Source: a virus
Lineage: Duplodnaviria > Caudoviricetes
IMG/VR virus record: IMGVR_UViG_3300030107_001272
Span: 1 to 56,938 of that record
Direction: 5' to 3' (one strand)
Length of the DNA: 56,938 nucleotides
The notes beneath the pieces were generated by a model. That model worked only from the letters and a program-made list of their open reading frames with translations, made no database searches and was not told the DNA's origin. The position numbers and the translations under genes were made by a program. Below, piece by piece: positions 19,893 through 29,734 of the stretch (within the stretch, counting starts at the first letter, position 1; each line of letters begins with the position of its first letter).

Positions 19893-20345
19893 TCAATTCC
19901 TCACTATCTTTTTACGAGTAAAGGCAATAAACTTTGGGTGTACTACCTTACCCTTTTCTTTTAGCCATGCTTCGGGTATAACCCTATTGTCATACTCAAA
20001 TCCATACCTATCACACCATTGAGCATACGTAGACTTAGCACCCTTGCGTAACTTACGTCTGCTGTTCTCAAAGATGAATCGTATATCTAACTTTGGATGC
20101 TGTTTCTTAATAGCAATGTGCTTGCGTCTATCCATTGCTGTGAACATACCCTTAGTCTCAACTATGATTCCATTGTCAAGAATAAAGTCAGGTGTATACG
20201 TTCTATACGCTAGGTCTTCCCATTCAATCTTGATTGATTCATAGGAATACTTAACACGTAATTGGGTAAGGTAGAGTGCAAGCTTTTGCTCTAACCCTGA
20301 CCTATACCCATACTTACGTGCAGCTTTAAACTGCTTGCTATCCAT
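19893..20345 (-). CDS. T7 endonuclease I-like Holliday junction resolvase
   Basis: YRSGLE, YTPDF, ETKG, DRRKH, LDIRFIF motifs. Confidence 0.92.
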   Translation of the reverse strand: MDSKQFKAARKYGYRSGLEQKLALYLTQLRVKYSYESIKIEWEDLAYRTYTPDFILDNGIIVETKGMFTAMDRRKHIAIKKQHPKLDIRFIFENSRRKLRKGAKSTYAQWCDRYGFEYDNRVIPEAWLKEKGKVVHPKFIAFTRKKIVRN

Positions 20346-21193
20346 CAGACATACGCTACTATCTTAGGGTTCTTAGCTACAGACATTTTCTGTGGCAACT
20401 CTTTCATAGTAGGATAACACGCCTTACGATAAGAACAAAATCCACAAGTCACACCTAATATCTTGTTACCTGTTGGCTTACCTCTGAAGGTTTCCTCTAT
20501 AGGCTCAAAGCATCTTTCAAACTTTTCGGTGCTTACCTTGTTTACGTTGGCCTTGATCTTATCTACTTCTTTATCAACTTCAATTCCTTCTGCAGGTACA
20601 TACTTGATATTGCCGTTAGCTTTATTGACTACCCACCAACCGCCTGCTTTCTTACCTGTGGCTTTCGCATAACCTGCTAACTGCCCTACATAACCAAAGG
20701 CATCTCCACTTTTAAGCGTGTCAAAAGAATCAAACTTGTTTCTATATGACCAATCAGACGCTGACTTAACGTCATCAACAGCACCATCAATAGCAATATC
20801 ATATGTTCCAGTAACCAACCGTTGTTCGGTGTCATCTCCCAAGTCAAGGGTAACACGTTTAGAATCCTCATACTTTACTCCTGCTTCTTTTAGGATGCCT
20901 TTGAATACAGCTTCTACTATATCTCCTAGCAACATGTTCATTATAAATGTAGTCGGTTTGGGTAACGCTTCCTGTGGCTTGTTCTTGTCAAACCACAGTT
21001 GGCATGAGGGTCTGCCCACGTTGGACATACGAAAGGCAAACCCATCACGCTTGTTACCCCCACCAAACTGACGAACAACAGCATCCCTAACATCTTTACA
21101 GATTTGATTCACTGTACTAGTTGATACAGTTGTCTCACCATTAGATGCCTTATCAAGGTACTGATGTATAATCATTTCGGCAGGGTGTTTCAT
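20345..21193 (-). CDS. PD-(D/E)XK exonuclease (Cas4/RecB-like)
   Basis: RMSNVGRPSCQLW, GTYD...DVKS, GYVGQL, C-terminal CGFCSYRKAC. Confidence 0.75.
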   Translation of the reverse strand: MKHPAEMIIHQYLDKASNGETTVSTSTVNQICKDVRDAVVRQFGGGNKRDGFAFRMSNVGRPSCQLWFDKNKPQEALPKPTTFIMNMLLGDIVEAVFKGILKEAGVKYEDSKRVTLDLGDDTEQRLVTGTYDIAIDGAVDDVKSASDWSYRNKFDSFDTLKSGDAFGYVGQLAGYAKATGKKAGGWWVVNKANGNIKYVPAEGIEVDKEVDKIKANVNKVSTEKFERCFEPIEETFRGKPTGNKILGVTCGFCSYRKACYPTMKELPQKMSVAKNPKIVAYV

Positions 21194-22092
21194 TATGAAA
21201 CTACTTCATCTGTGTCAATCTCAATGAAGTCATCAAGAACACTGCTATCCACTTGCTCTTTATTGTGAACGTTTTCATCCCACTGATTTAGGATATAGTC
21301 GTTGTAGTTCTGTATCCACAGGACTAGGTTAGCAAACATCGTCTGATCGGAATCACCTACCTCTACCGTCTTGGTGAGGTCTAAGGTCGGACTCGGTAAA
21401 AAGAATGTGTTACCATTAGCAAGTGAATTAGCTTCAGTAGATAAAGCTATCTCATGTTGTACAGGTAATCTCTTAGCACGTGCCAAGTCGTTGAAGCATT
21501 TACCTATACTTTTGAAAGCATCTCTGTTCTCTACTTCCCAAATAAAAGCTTGGGGTTGAACATCAACACTCTCACCTGTTGCATCCACAGGATCTATCAT
21601 AGTGACAAGACCAAACACAACACGAACACGTTTGCAAGATCGGATCAGTTGTTGTTGAGCTTCAGGCAAGGCTTTGAAATCTGCAATCCAACCTGACGGT
21701 TTACCACAATTGAAACCCCCATCACTATCTTTTAAATCTATGTTAAGATTGTCAGCCATTATAGTTTTGATAAACCTATTCTTGGTATTACCTTTACCCA
21801 TAATGAAACGCTTAAACATAAACCTTTGCATAAAAGGTCTGACCCTTATGCTCTTTGAAAAGTAAGTAGGCCCATCAGGTATCTCCAGTTTATACATGCC
21901 ACCTTCAACAACCTCTACGTTGACATCCTTACCCTTAACTTCAGCCGTACCCATGATGGGTGCGTGATTGATCCTCAAACGTGCAAGAGTACTCGCTTTC
22001 TCTTTGGTGCTTTCAGATCTCTCATTAGCCATTCCCATAGCTTTAGCCATTGCTTCGTAATCATTGGTATTAATCGTAACTAAATCTGTCAT
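21193..22092 (-). CDS. putative ssDNA-binding/annealing protein
   Basis: Lies between polymerase and exonuclease; acidic C-terminal tail; has its own promoter and strong RBS. Confidence 0.5.
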   Translation of the reverse strand: MTDLVTINTNDYEAMAKAMGMANERSESTKEKASTLARLRINHAPIMGTAEVKGKDVNVEVVEGGMYKLEIPDGPTYFSKSIRVRPFMQRFMFKRFIMGKGNTKNRFIKTIMADNLNIDLKDSDGGFNCGKPSGWIADFKALPEAQQQLIRSCKRVRVVFGLVTMIDPVDATGESVDVQPQAFIWEVENRDAFKSIGKCFNDLARAKRLPVQHEIALSTEANSLANGNTFFLPSPTLDLTKTVEVGDSDQTMFANLVLWIQNYNDYILNQWDENVHNKEQVDSSVLDDFIEIDTDEVVS

Positions 22093-22125
22093 TAGTTTCT
22101 CCTTTTTAAATGTGAATAGTTCCTA

Positions 22126-22154
22126 GTTATATCATGCCACATCTCTAGTGTCAA
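22126..22154 (-). promoter_or_regulatory. sigma70-type promoter overlapping the 3' end of the DNA polymerase gene
   Basis: TTGACA-17 bp-TATAAC on the minus strand. Confidence 0.8.
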
Positions 22155-24186
22155 GCCAATTGTTACCTATTTTTGACTCAAGTAATAATGGCACATTAAA
22201 ATCTAGATTCCATCGTGTTTCTATTAGATTGATTAGTTCTTGGTTGGTTTGTTTGATTACATCTAACACTGCTCCTCTCTCGTCTGGATGCACATCAATA
22301 ACAATTGAATCGTGTACAGAATTAACGATACAACTTTTCATATTGTCAAGCTTACTATCTATGTGCAGTAGAGACAACGGTACTATGTCTGCTGTTGCCA
22401 ATGACTGCACAGGATAATTCTTTAGTTGCGTAAAGTGTGACACACCATTACGCTTACGTACCATGTCAGGGAATGCAAACTCCCTGCCTGATGGTGTCTT
22501 AATCTTACCTTTGTTCAGAGCTTCGCTTGCCAACTTCTTGTGCCACTTGGCTATACCACTGTACTTGGTATTGAACTGCTTGTAGTATAACGCTTCTGCA
22601 GGTGTCCTGCCAAAGCCACTAGCTCCATACAGGGGAGCAAACGTATGTGCCTTGGCATCTTGCCGTGACATCTTCTGTCCTGCATCTGTGATTACTTTAG
22701 CGGTGTAGCTGTGTACATCAAAGCCTGTCTTCACTTCTTCAATAGCGGTACTGTCCTGCCCAAGGTAGGCAGCCACACGAAACTCTAGCTGTGCAAAGTC
22801 AGCCTCAAGTATCTTACCATGTTTGAAACGTGAGATGAATACCTTCTTCACAGGAAACGTACCACCTCTAGGCATGTTCTGCATGTTAGGATCTGCACCA
22901 CTGAATCTACCAGTAGCAGTACGATGCTGTAGTAAACGCACGTGTAACTTGCCATCCTTCTTGGTATGAGTTTGGATACCATCAATGAAGCTACTCAAAT
23001 AGGTATCAAGTGCAGACAATCTACGCACACGTTGCAAGAACAACTCAGCATCCTTCATTCCACGTGATCGTGCTACCTTCTCAAGCACCTCAAGATTTGT
23101 TTTGTTAGTTGTAAAGCCATTGGCACTCGCCCACTTAGGATTGGGTGGGGAGAACTTTAGTCCTGCCACAGTAGCAGGAGTAGTATCAATGAAGATATAG
23201 CCAATAGCATCACATGCAACGCATCTGTTTCGGTTAGCAAATGGAGTTCCATCTTTCTTTTTCTTTCTTATATAACCTGACCCATAACAGGTAGAACATT
23301 TGATGGCACGTTTCTTTAACATGACACTAGAGTTCTGTTTGATTGTTTGCCTGAAGTCATTGTCAGACATGTATGGATCAAACGAATTACCCCACATAGT
23401 TTTATCGTGGGGCTTACGGCTATAGATAATCCACGACAGTTGTTCAGGACTGTTGAGATTGATAGGCATATCACCCATTAGCTCTCTAGTCTGTGCGTTG
23501 AGACTCTTCTCAATCTGGTTCTTCTCTGTCTCAAACTCCTCACGTACACTGTTGAGTACATCAAGGTTAACTTTGAAACCTCGCTGATAGATACGTGCAA
23601 GACACACAGCCACTTGATCAGTCAACTCTGCAGTATCTCTTAGTCCTGCGTTGTCTGCTTCGTTGTACCTACGCATTAGGTTATGGTACACATCCCTAGT
23701 TGCCAATAGATCAGCACGTAAATACTCACACAGTTCTGCATGGGGTATGTCACGTGTGCTATATCCTTTAGCAAAGTAGTCTTTGAGTGTATCCTGTTTA
23801 GGCGTAGCACCGTAGCGTTCAGCACAAGCTTGAAGAGACAGGGGTTCTTTCACTCCACGTTGAAGAACATACTCATTGAGCATGGTGTCATAGACTTCTC
23901 CATCATACTTGAAACCCGATTCCCATAGCCACAGTAAATCATATGCAATATTGTGACCAATTAGAAGAGTAGTCTTATCTAAAATTAATTGTAACTCTTC
24001 TTTGCCATTGAAGGTAGGTTCTATATCTGCATGGTCAAATGTATAGATGAGTGTCCTAACGTCATCTTTAATATCTGCAGGTAAGATACCCACCATAACC
24101 AAACTATTGTCTGGTTCAAATGGGTCAAGGTGCATCTTACCATCACGCTTAGTTACTGTGTTCTCTACATCAAGTATTAGTTTCAT
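22132..24186 (-). CDS. polA: family A DNA polymerase with 3'-5' exonuclease and DnaJ-type zinc-finger insertion
   Basis: LDVE, GHNIAYDL, TATGRFS...PNMQN, ADFAQLEFR, KAHTFAPLYG, VHDSI. Likely start is 24186. Confidence 0.95.
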   Translation of the reverse strand: MKLILDVENTVTKRDGKMHLDPFEPDNSLVMVGILPADIKDDVRTLIYTFDHADIEPTFNGKEELQLILDKTTLLIGHNIAYDLLWLWESGFKYDGEVYDTMLNEYVLQRGVKEPLSLQACAERYGATPKQDTLKDYFAKGYSTRDIPHAELCEYLRADLLATRDVYHNLMRRYNEADNAGLRDTAELTDQVAVCLARIYQRGFKVNLDVLNSVREEFETEKNQIEKSLNAQTRELMGDMPINLNSPEQLSWIIYSRKPHDKTMWGNSFDPYMSDNDFRQTIKQNSSVMLKKRAIKCSTCYGSGYIRKKKKDGTPFANRNRCVACDAIGYIFIDTTPATVAGLKFSPPNPKWASANGFTTNKTNLEVLEKVARSRGMKDAELFLQRVRRLSALDTYLSSFIDGIQTHTKKDGKLHVRLLQHRTATGRFSGADPNMQNMPRGGTFPVKKVFISRFKHGKILEADFAQLEFRVAAYLGQDSTAIEEVKTGFDVHSYTAKVITDAGQKMSRQDAKAHTFAPLYGASGFGRTPAEALYYKQFNTKYSGIAKWHKKLASEALNKGKIKTPSGREFAFPDMVRKRNGVSHFTQLKNYPVQSLATADIVPLSLLHIDSKLDNMKSCIVNSVHDSIVIDVHPDERGAVLDVIKQTNQELINLIETRWNLDFNVPLLLESKIGNNWLDTRDVA

Positions 24187-24187
24187 T

Positions 24188-24700
24188 TTATATATCTCCA
24201 ATAGTTTTTTGTATCGAAATCAAGTTTACTTTAAACCATTCCCCATTCCTGTCAATAGACAAGCTATCTAGTCTGCTATGTGTTTCCTCTTCTGCTTGTC
24301 TTCTGTCAAGAAAGTAACGGCAATATTCTAGTTTGTAATCTCTACGTGGGCTTGATGTTTGATAGCTCTTGAGCCTATCTTCTGCATCTATAGCCATACC
24401 AACCTTATACCAACCTTTCCACGCAGGATTAGATATGATGTAAACATAGCCATCCTTTGCCTTATTATACTCTCGTAAAGCTCTGCTATGTATACTACGA
24501 GCTAGTCTTTTTAATCTATTTTCTGCACCTTTAGCAATGTCGCATACTTTACATATATAATTTCTTTTTCTTTCATTGCCCACGCACCATGTGTCGGGTA
24601 CTACTAAAACTTTAGCGCACCTGTTACATTTTTTTATTGGCAAATGCTTCTGGAATAAAGGAACATCATCCCTTACCATATAGTTTCTTTTACCTCTCAT
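24188..24700 (-). CDS. GIY-YIG (T5orf172-like) endonuclease with N-terminal Cys4 zinc finger
   Basis: GYVYII...YKVG...RLKSYQT...E...GEWF; CNRC and CKVC. Confidence 0.8.
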   Translation of the reverse strand: MRGKRNYMVRDDVPLFQKHLPIKKCNRCAKVLVVPDTWCVGNERKRNYICKVCDIAKGAENRLKRLARSIHSRALREYNKAKDGYVYIISNPAWKGWYKVGMAIDAEDRLKSYQTSSPRRDYKLEYCRYFLDRRQAEEETHSRLDSLSIDRNGEWFKVNLISIQKTIGDI

Positions 24701-25920
24701 GCCATGTACCTCGCTGTTTTATAGTCAAGCTCACAATGGATAACACCATGCCATCCTGTAAGTTTATTTTTGACTAGGTTTAAATGTCGTTGGTTGTCCT
24801 CTTCATCCTGACCCTCAACTACAGGATTCTTTGCAATCAAAAGCATCAGGTCTGCTTCGGCAGCCTTACCTGTACGTGATCCTTCCATCATACTTTGATT
24901 GAGTAGTACCTTACCCTCTGCTTCAGCAGATAGCTGTGACATGTAGAAGATGGCACACCCTTGTTGCTTTGCAATACTACGTGCATGTATTGCATTGGCC
25001 TTGAGTGCTTCATCCTGCCTCGCAAAGCCACTAGTCACAGCAAACTTATCACCCATGTCAAGCACTACAATGTCGGGCTTGTACGCTTTGCATACGCTCT
25101 CTACCCACGACATGTCTCTGCCTGTAGCGTCACGCAATCGGATGTTCTTACGTACAGGTTCATACTTATCGTGTGCCAGTTTAGGATTCTGCTTGACTTC
25201 TTGCATCGTCATGCCTGTGGCAGCCGTGAGGTATCTAGCACCTACACGGTGCGTACCTTCCTCGTTACACAAAACAATACACTTAGCACCCTGCCTAGCA
25301 AATCCATTAGGAGATGCAATCAAACTGGCATGGAAGGAAGTCTTACCTGTGTTAGGTCTAGCACCTATCTCAACTAGGTGTCCTTCATTCACACCCTCAA
25401 GCTTACGTACAAGTGTGGGTATGTTGAATGTCCATCGTGCTTCAAGGTCATTCTTCTCTAGCAGTGTGCTTATATCTATATCATCCCATTGTATATTTAG
25501 GTTGGGTGTAAAGTCATCACCATACTGTTCAAGTAGGTTACGCACAGGCTCAAGGCTAGTCTTCGTACCATTGACGTAATCAAATCCTAAGTTGGCTATG
25601 TCCTCTCCCACTACCTGTTGGAATAGCTTAGACAATACCTCTTGTGCAATGTCTGCTCCCATTGGTTGCTCACGCTTGATCTTATCAAACAGTTGTGCGT
25701 GAGCCATCTTCTGTGCTGTAGTCATGGAAGGGTTGCTTGATAAAAACAAAGCTTCCACTTCATCTGGTGTAACAGTACGCTCATACCTCTGCATGCAAGA
25801 ATCAATTACTGACTTGATCTTCTGTGCATCTTTGGTGAACAATCTGTTAGGACACTTAGCACCTCTATGATCATCATAAAATTGCTTGTCCATTAGGCTA
25901 CGTAGTAATGCTAGTTCCAT
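24697..25920 (-). CDS. DnaB-like (SF4) replicative helicase
   Basis: Walker A GARPNTGKT, NEE, VLD, SQL, EAD, KNK motifs. Confidence 0.9.
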   Translation of the reverse strand: MELALLRSLMDKQFYDDHRGAKCPNRLFTKDAQKIKSVIDSCMQRYERTVTPDEVEALFLSSNPSMTTAQKMAHAQLFDKIKREQPMGADIAQEVLSKLFQQVVGEDIANLGFDYVNGTKTSLEPVRNLLEQYGDDFTPNLNIQWDDIDISTLLEKNDLEARWTFNIPTLVRKLEGVNEGHLVEIGARPNTGKTSFHASLIASPNGFARQGAKCIVLCNEEGTHRVGARYLTAATGMTMQEVKQNPKLAHDKYEPVRKNIRLRDATGRDMSWVESVCKAYKPDIVVLDMGDKFAVTSGFARQDEALKANAIHARSIAKQQGCAIFYMSQLSAEAEGKVLLNQSMMEGSRTGKAAEADLMLLIAKNPVVEGQDEEDNQRHLNLVKNKLTGWHGVIHCELDYKTARYMA

Positions 25921-25921
25921 A

Positions 25922-26683
25922 TTATACTCCTATGTTGGTTAGGTTTTCTATATCTATTTCGTTTCTATACTTCAAGTCATCGGTCAACTTCAATACACCT
26001 ACCTTGTCTACGTGTTGGCGTAGCTCTTTGGCGAACTGCATTGTCTTAGGTAACGCATCGGGATCTAACGCTACAATTGCTGTTGAGAACTGCGACAAGT
26101 ACTTCTTGTGTGCTTCGGAAAGTGACGTACCCAACACAGCCACCCCGACATATACGCCAATCTCGCCTACAACTACAGCACTGACGCAATCCTCAACAAC
26201 TACAGCAACAGTACCACACCCATAAGTAAAAGGCAAGTCACTATTGCCATACCTTTTCCACTTAGGTAGTCGTTGGTCTGTTGCCCTACCGATTGCGTCT
26301 ACACATCTCCACGATTTCCATATGGTAAACACAACACGATCCTCTTTAACATCGTACATCAACTCCAGATCTTTAGGTAGTCGGTATTGATCTACAAACT
26401 TTTGTGTATAGGATGGTTGATAGACTAGTTGTTTAGGTAACTCCCAATCTATATCACTACTAGTATCCTCTGGTGGTGCAAAAGATTTCTTAATGTCCTC
26501 TGCACTCAAGCGTACACGCTTACCCCCACTCACAGTACAGTTAGCTTTATAACAATTCCATATCAAGCTACCCATATTGTTAGTGATAGTAAATGTTTTC
26601 CTACCCCTACACACAGGACAGTCAACACGTTTAGTCTCACCATTCTTAACATCATAATCCCATACACTCCACATGTTATACAC
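25922..26683 (-). CDS. DNA primase (zinc ribbon plus TOPRIM)
   Basis: CPVC...CYKANC, VVEDCVSA, ALDPDA. Confidence 0.85.
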   Translation of the reverse strand: MYNMWSVWDYDVKNGETKRVDCPVCRGRKTFTITNNMGSLIWNCYKANCTVSGGKRVRLSAEDIKKSFAPPEDTSSDIDWELPKQLVYQPSYTQKFVDQYRLPKDLELMYDVKEDRVVFTIWKSWRCVDAIGRATDQRLPKWKRYGNSDLPFTYGCGTVAVVVEDCVSAVVVGEIGVYVGVAVLGTSLSEAHKKYLSQFSTAIVALDPDALPKTMQFAKELRQHVDKVGVLKLTDDLKYRNEIDIENLTNIGV

Positions 26684-27788
26684 CCTCCTGCTGCTTCATC
26701 GCAGATGATACCCATGTTTTTCTAGTTGTCAAGGCATTAGTTGCAGATGCCAAAGTATTTTTCATATAGGGTGTAACTGACGCAGGGTTAGCATGCCCAC
26801 TAACAGACATGATCTGTGGTAGTGGCACACCACCATCAACCATCTCCATTATACCAGACCTTCGTAAGTCTAGTAGGCGTAGATCATCAGACAACTTAGC
26901 CTTGCGTATGACACGCCTACCTAATTGGGATAGGTTCATCTTACCATAAGGATGATATGCCCCATCAGTGGGGTTTACATTAGGTGCTACGTACCTTTGA
27001 AAGCCAAAGTCTTTTCTCTGATCAAGCAAAGTCTGTCGTAATGTATCATTCACAGGTAACTCCACCTCTGCCCTACGTTTAGACTGTTGTAAATATAACA
27101 CAGTCATGTCCTTATTGAATCTATCCCACTCTAATACACGCATGTCACCGACACGCTGACAAAACTCATAGGCCATCTGTACTATTAACGCAATGCTACG
27201 TGTAGAGAAATCAGCATATGCCACATCAAGAAACTGTTTAACTTCATCCCTCTTCCAAATGGCAGTTCTCTTTTGTGCAGCCACACGTTTAATGTTAGCA
27301 AAGGGATTCTTGTAGGCTTGCTCTTGTTCAATAGCATGATTGTATACACGTGATACACACGTACATACATGATTGGCAAAGCTAACACCACGTTCAAGCC
27401 ACAGTTGATAATGTTTCTTGGCTAACTTAGAACTAATATCCATGAATCTCCTCTGTCCTAGTGACTTATTTGCAACAGATAAAAAGTATTTGTAATCCTT
27501 CTGTGAGAAATCTCTTAACTTTTGAAAATCATATGACTCCAAGTAGCTGTTGATAAGACATGTCAAGGTACTATTTGATTTTATATTTGTAGCTGTTGCA
27601 TTTTTATCATACCATTCATCTATCTTCTGGTTGTCTTCACGTACCAGTTTACGTACCTGCTTCAGGTCAGACCCAAACTGTCTGCGTGTGACAACACCTG
27701 CATCGACTAACTTCTGTGGTGGGTTGAATCTGTACTCAACCACACCACATGCCGTAGTCCTAGCCTGTGTATATCTAGGAAGTTTCAT
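26676..27788 (-). CDS. int: tyrosine recombinase/integrase
   Basis: QRVGD, QSKR, DLRRS, SGH...PY catalytic motifs. Confidence 0.88.
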   Translation of the reverse strand: MKLPRYTQARTTACGVVEYRFNPPQKLVDAGVVTRRQFGSDLKQVRKLVREDNQKIDEWYDKNATATNIKSNSTLTCLINSYLESYDFQKLRDFSQKDYKYFLSVANKSLGQRRFMDISSKLAKKHYQLWLERGVSFANHVCTCVSRVYNHAIEQEQAYKNPFANIKRVAAQKRTAIWKRDEVKQFLDVAYADFSTRSIALIVQMAYEFCQRVGDMRVLEWDRFNKDMTVLYLQQSKRRAEVELPVNDTLRQTLLDQRKDFGFQRYVAPNVNPTDGAYHPYGKMNLSQLGRRVIRKAKLSDDLRLLDLRRSGIMEMVDGGVPLPQIMSVSGHANPASVTPYMKNTLASATNALTTRKTWVSSAMKQQEGV

Positions 27789-28651
27789 TAAGCTATCACC
27801 TTTTCTCTAGTTGTTAGGTCTTTCCATATAGGCGAAGAGATCCACTTGGCTACCTCTTTCTCACGCTTCCACATAGTCTCTGCCCTTGTGTCGTTACCTG
27901 TGTTACGTACTGTGAATCCATTACGTTCATCACCATACGTAGCGTAGTTAGTGAACGCACTGTATAAGGCAAAGAGATTCTCACCACGCTTACGTGTCTC
28001 TTCTCTGTACAAGGCAAGCATCTTGTCTGCCTTTCTGTCGCTATCCATCAGGTGATCAAGCACAGACTTAACACACAGGGTACGTGTGCTAACCTTACAC
28101 CAATCACTTAGCTTCTCTGCTTCATCTTCAAAGTTTACAACTGAATCAGCTAACTCACCTTGAAAGATATCTATATTAAATAAGGCAGAGTTCTTTTTCT
28201 TGATGTAGTTGTGATCACCTGTCACCATACCATTCAGACAGAACCCATCAATCAAACCATAGAATACTTGGTTGGAACACTTGCCATCCACACCATGTAG
28301 GGCAACCATTCGTTTGAATACTTCTGTTTCATGTAGGTCACTGGCAATAGTGATGCCTTGATCCTTGAAGATCGCATCCATCATAACGAATGCACCGTTA
28401 CGTGCTGATCGCCAGTTAATTTCAGCTAAGAGACAAGACTCTACACCTAGTGTCTCTTCTACTGTAGCCCACACTTTGTCGTAGTATTCACCATGACTAG
28501 TGAGTGCGTAGCTATCTCCTACTATACCTAGATAATCTCCTGAGTAGTCATTCACTACATAAGATTCTCCTTTAAATAGAGTAGGTTCTTTGCGTACCTT
28601 AAAGTTTAAATCGTAAGGTAGTTGGTGGTTTGTTACAAAATCTAAAGCCAT
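27788..28651 (-). CDS. DUF932-like protein
   Basis: LGIVGDSY...H, HGVDG, FCLNGM, LYSAFTNYAT pattern. Confidence 0.65.
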   Translation of the reverse strand: MALDFVTNHQLPYDLNFKVRKEPTLFKGESYVVNDYSGDYLGIVGDSYALTSHGEYYDKVWATVEETLGVESCLLAEINWRSARNGAFVMMDAIFKDQGITIASDLHETEVFKRMVALHGVDGKCSNQVFYGLIDGFCLNGMVTGDHNYIKKKNSALFNIDIFQGELADSVVNFEDEAEKLSDWCKVSTRTLCVKSVLDHLMDSDRKADKMLALYREETRKRGENLFALYSAFTNYATYGDERNGFTVRNTGNDTRAETMWKREKEVAKWISSPIWKDLTTREKVIA

Positions 28652-28689
28652 TTGTTTCTCCTTTGCTTTATTGTTTCAACTGATAACTA

Positions 28690-28718
28690 GTTATATCACA
28701 TATACTAATTTTAGTCAA
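28690..28718 (-). promoter_or_regulatory. sigma70-type promoter for the recombination/replication operon
   Basis: TTGACT-17 bp-TATAAC; RBS aaggag downstream. Confidence 0.8.
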
Positions 28719-28719
28719 G

Positions 28720-29112
28720 CTACTTGTAGAATATATGATCCCCCACTTGCTTAACAACTCGCAAGCTGTCTGCCCAATAGGGGTTTACTTCTGTGGTGTG
28801 ATAGTGTGTCGCACCATTCACTACATCTATACTGTTGTTGTCATCAAGCATCATACCTGCCAACATCATAGACTTCTGCCATGCTTTGTCCTCATGTGGT
28901 GTGTCACTTGCACCATCACATGTCCAAGAAAAAGCACAGATGCTCTTACCTTTTTGATACACTACATCACATACTGTATCAGGATAGTGTTTACTATCCA
29001 CTCTGTTGACAGTTACCTGTGCCACTGCCAACTGTCCTGCCGTACTCTGATCACGTGCTTCGTGATAGATGTTTAGTGCAAGGCAGACCAATGCACTTTT
29101 GAGTAATACCAT
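28720..29112 (-). CDS. SleB-like cell wall hydrolase (Hydrolase_2)
   Basis: CLALNIYHEAR...VAQVTVNRV...FSW...GATHYH...HIFY. Confidence 0.9.
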   Translation of the reverse strand: MVLLKSALVCLALNIYHEARDQSTAGQLAVAQVTVNRVDSKHYPDTVCDVVYQKGKSICAFSWTCDGASDTPHEDKAWQKSMMLAGMMLDDNNSIDVVNGATHYHTTEVNPYWADSLRVVKQVGDHIFYK

Positions 29113-29194
29113 TTGCTTGTAAACCTTTCTTCAATTAAAACTTCCCATGTATATGCTGCACATATGATCAGGAAAAAGATTGCGTTTCTCATAC

Positions 29195-29734
29195 TTAGAA
29201 ATCTCCTCTAACTTTTTGTCCAAGATGGATTGCCTTATGCAATTCACTTTCTAACTTGGTTTGGCTATCTCTGTTAGCTTGCCATAGAATACCTAACCCA
29301 CCTGCCTCTGTCCATCTCTTGATATTAGTGTGCTTGTCATCAACAAGGATGTTAGGTGTACCATCTACCGTATGGGTAGCATAGGTTTCTTTCTTGTGAG
29401 TGAACACCAAGTAAGGTATCTTATCGGGCATGAGATTATTCCTATTCAACCAACTGCGTTTCCAATAGGCAGAGTTATCTCTGTCATTACGCAAAGGTGT
29501 AGAACATATCCCCCAATCCAAGTGAGGATATTTATATGTCAACTCTTTGACATAGCCCACGATAGGATAGGTAGTCTCAAACATACCTAAGTATCCAAAG
29601 AAACTTGTGTCTTTTAGTTGAGATAGTGCGTCATCTATATCTGGTATATCTTTCCAATGCGTTACCTTGAATCTCTTCTCAAGCCCACCAAAGAAATCGG
29701 CTAACACACCATCCATATCTAAGTATATAATCAT
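29195..29734 (-). CDS. HAD-family 5'(3')-deoxyribonucleotidase
   Basis: YLDMDGVLADF, ILVDD...NIKRW. Confidence 0.85.
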   Translation of the reverse strand: MIIYLDMDGVLADFFGGLEKRFKVTHWKDIPDIDDALSQLKDTSFFGYLGMFETTYPIVGYVKELTYKYPHLDWGICSTPLRNDRDNSAYWKRSWLNRNNLMPDKIPYLVFTHKKETYATHTVDGTPNILVDDKHTNIKRWTEAGGLGILWQANRDSQTKLESELHKAIHLGQKVRGDF

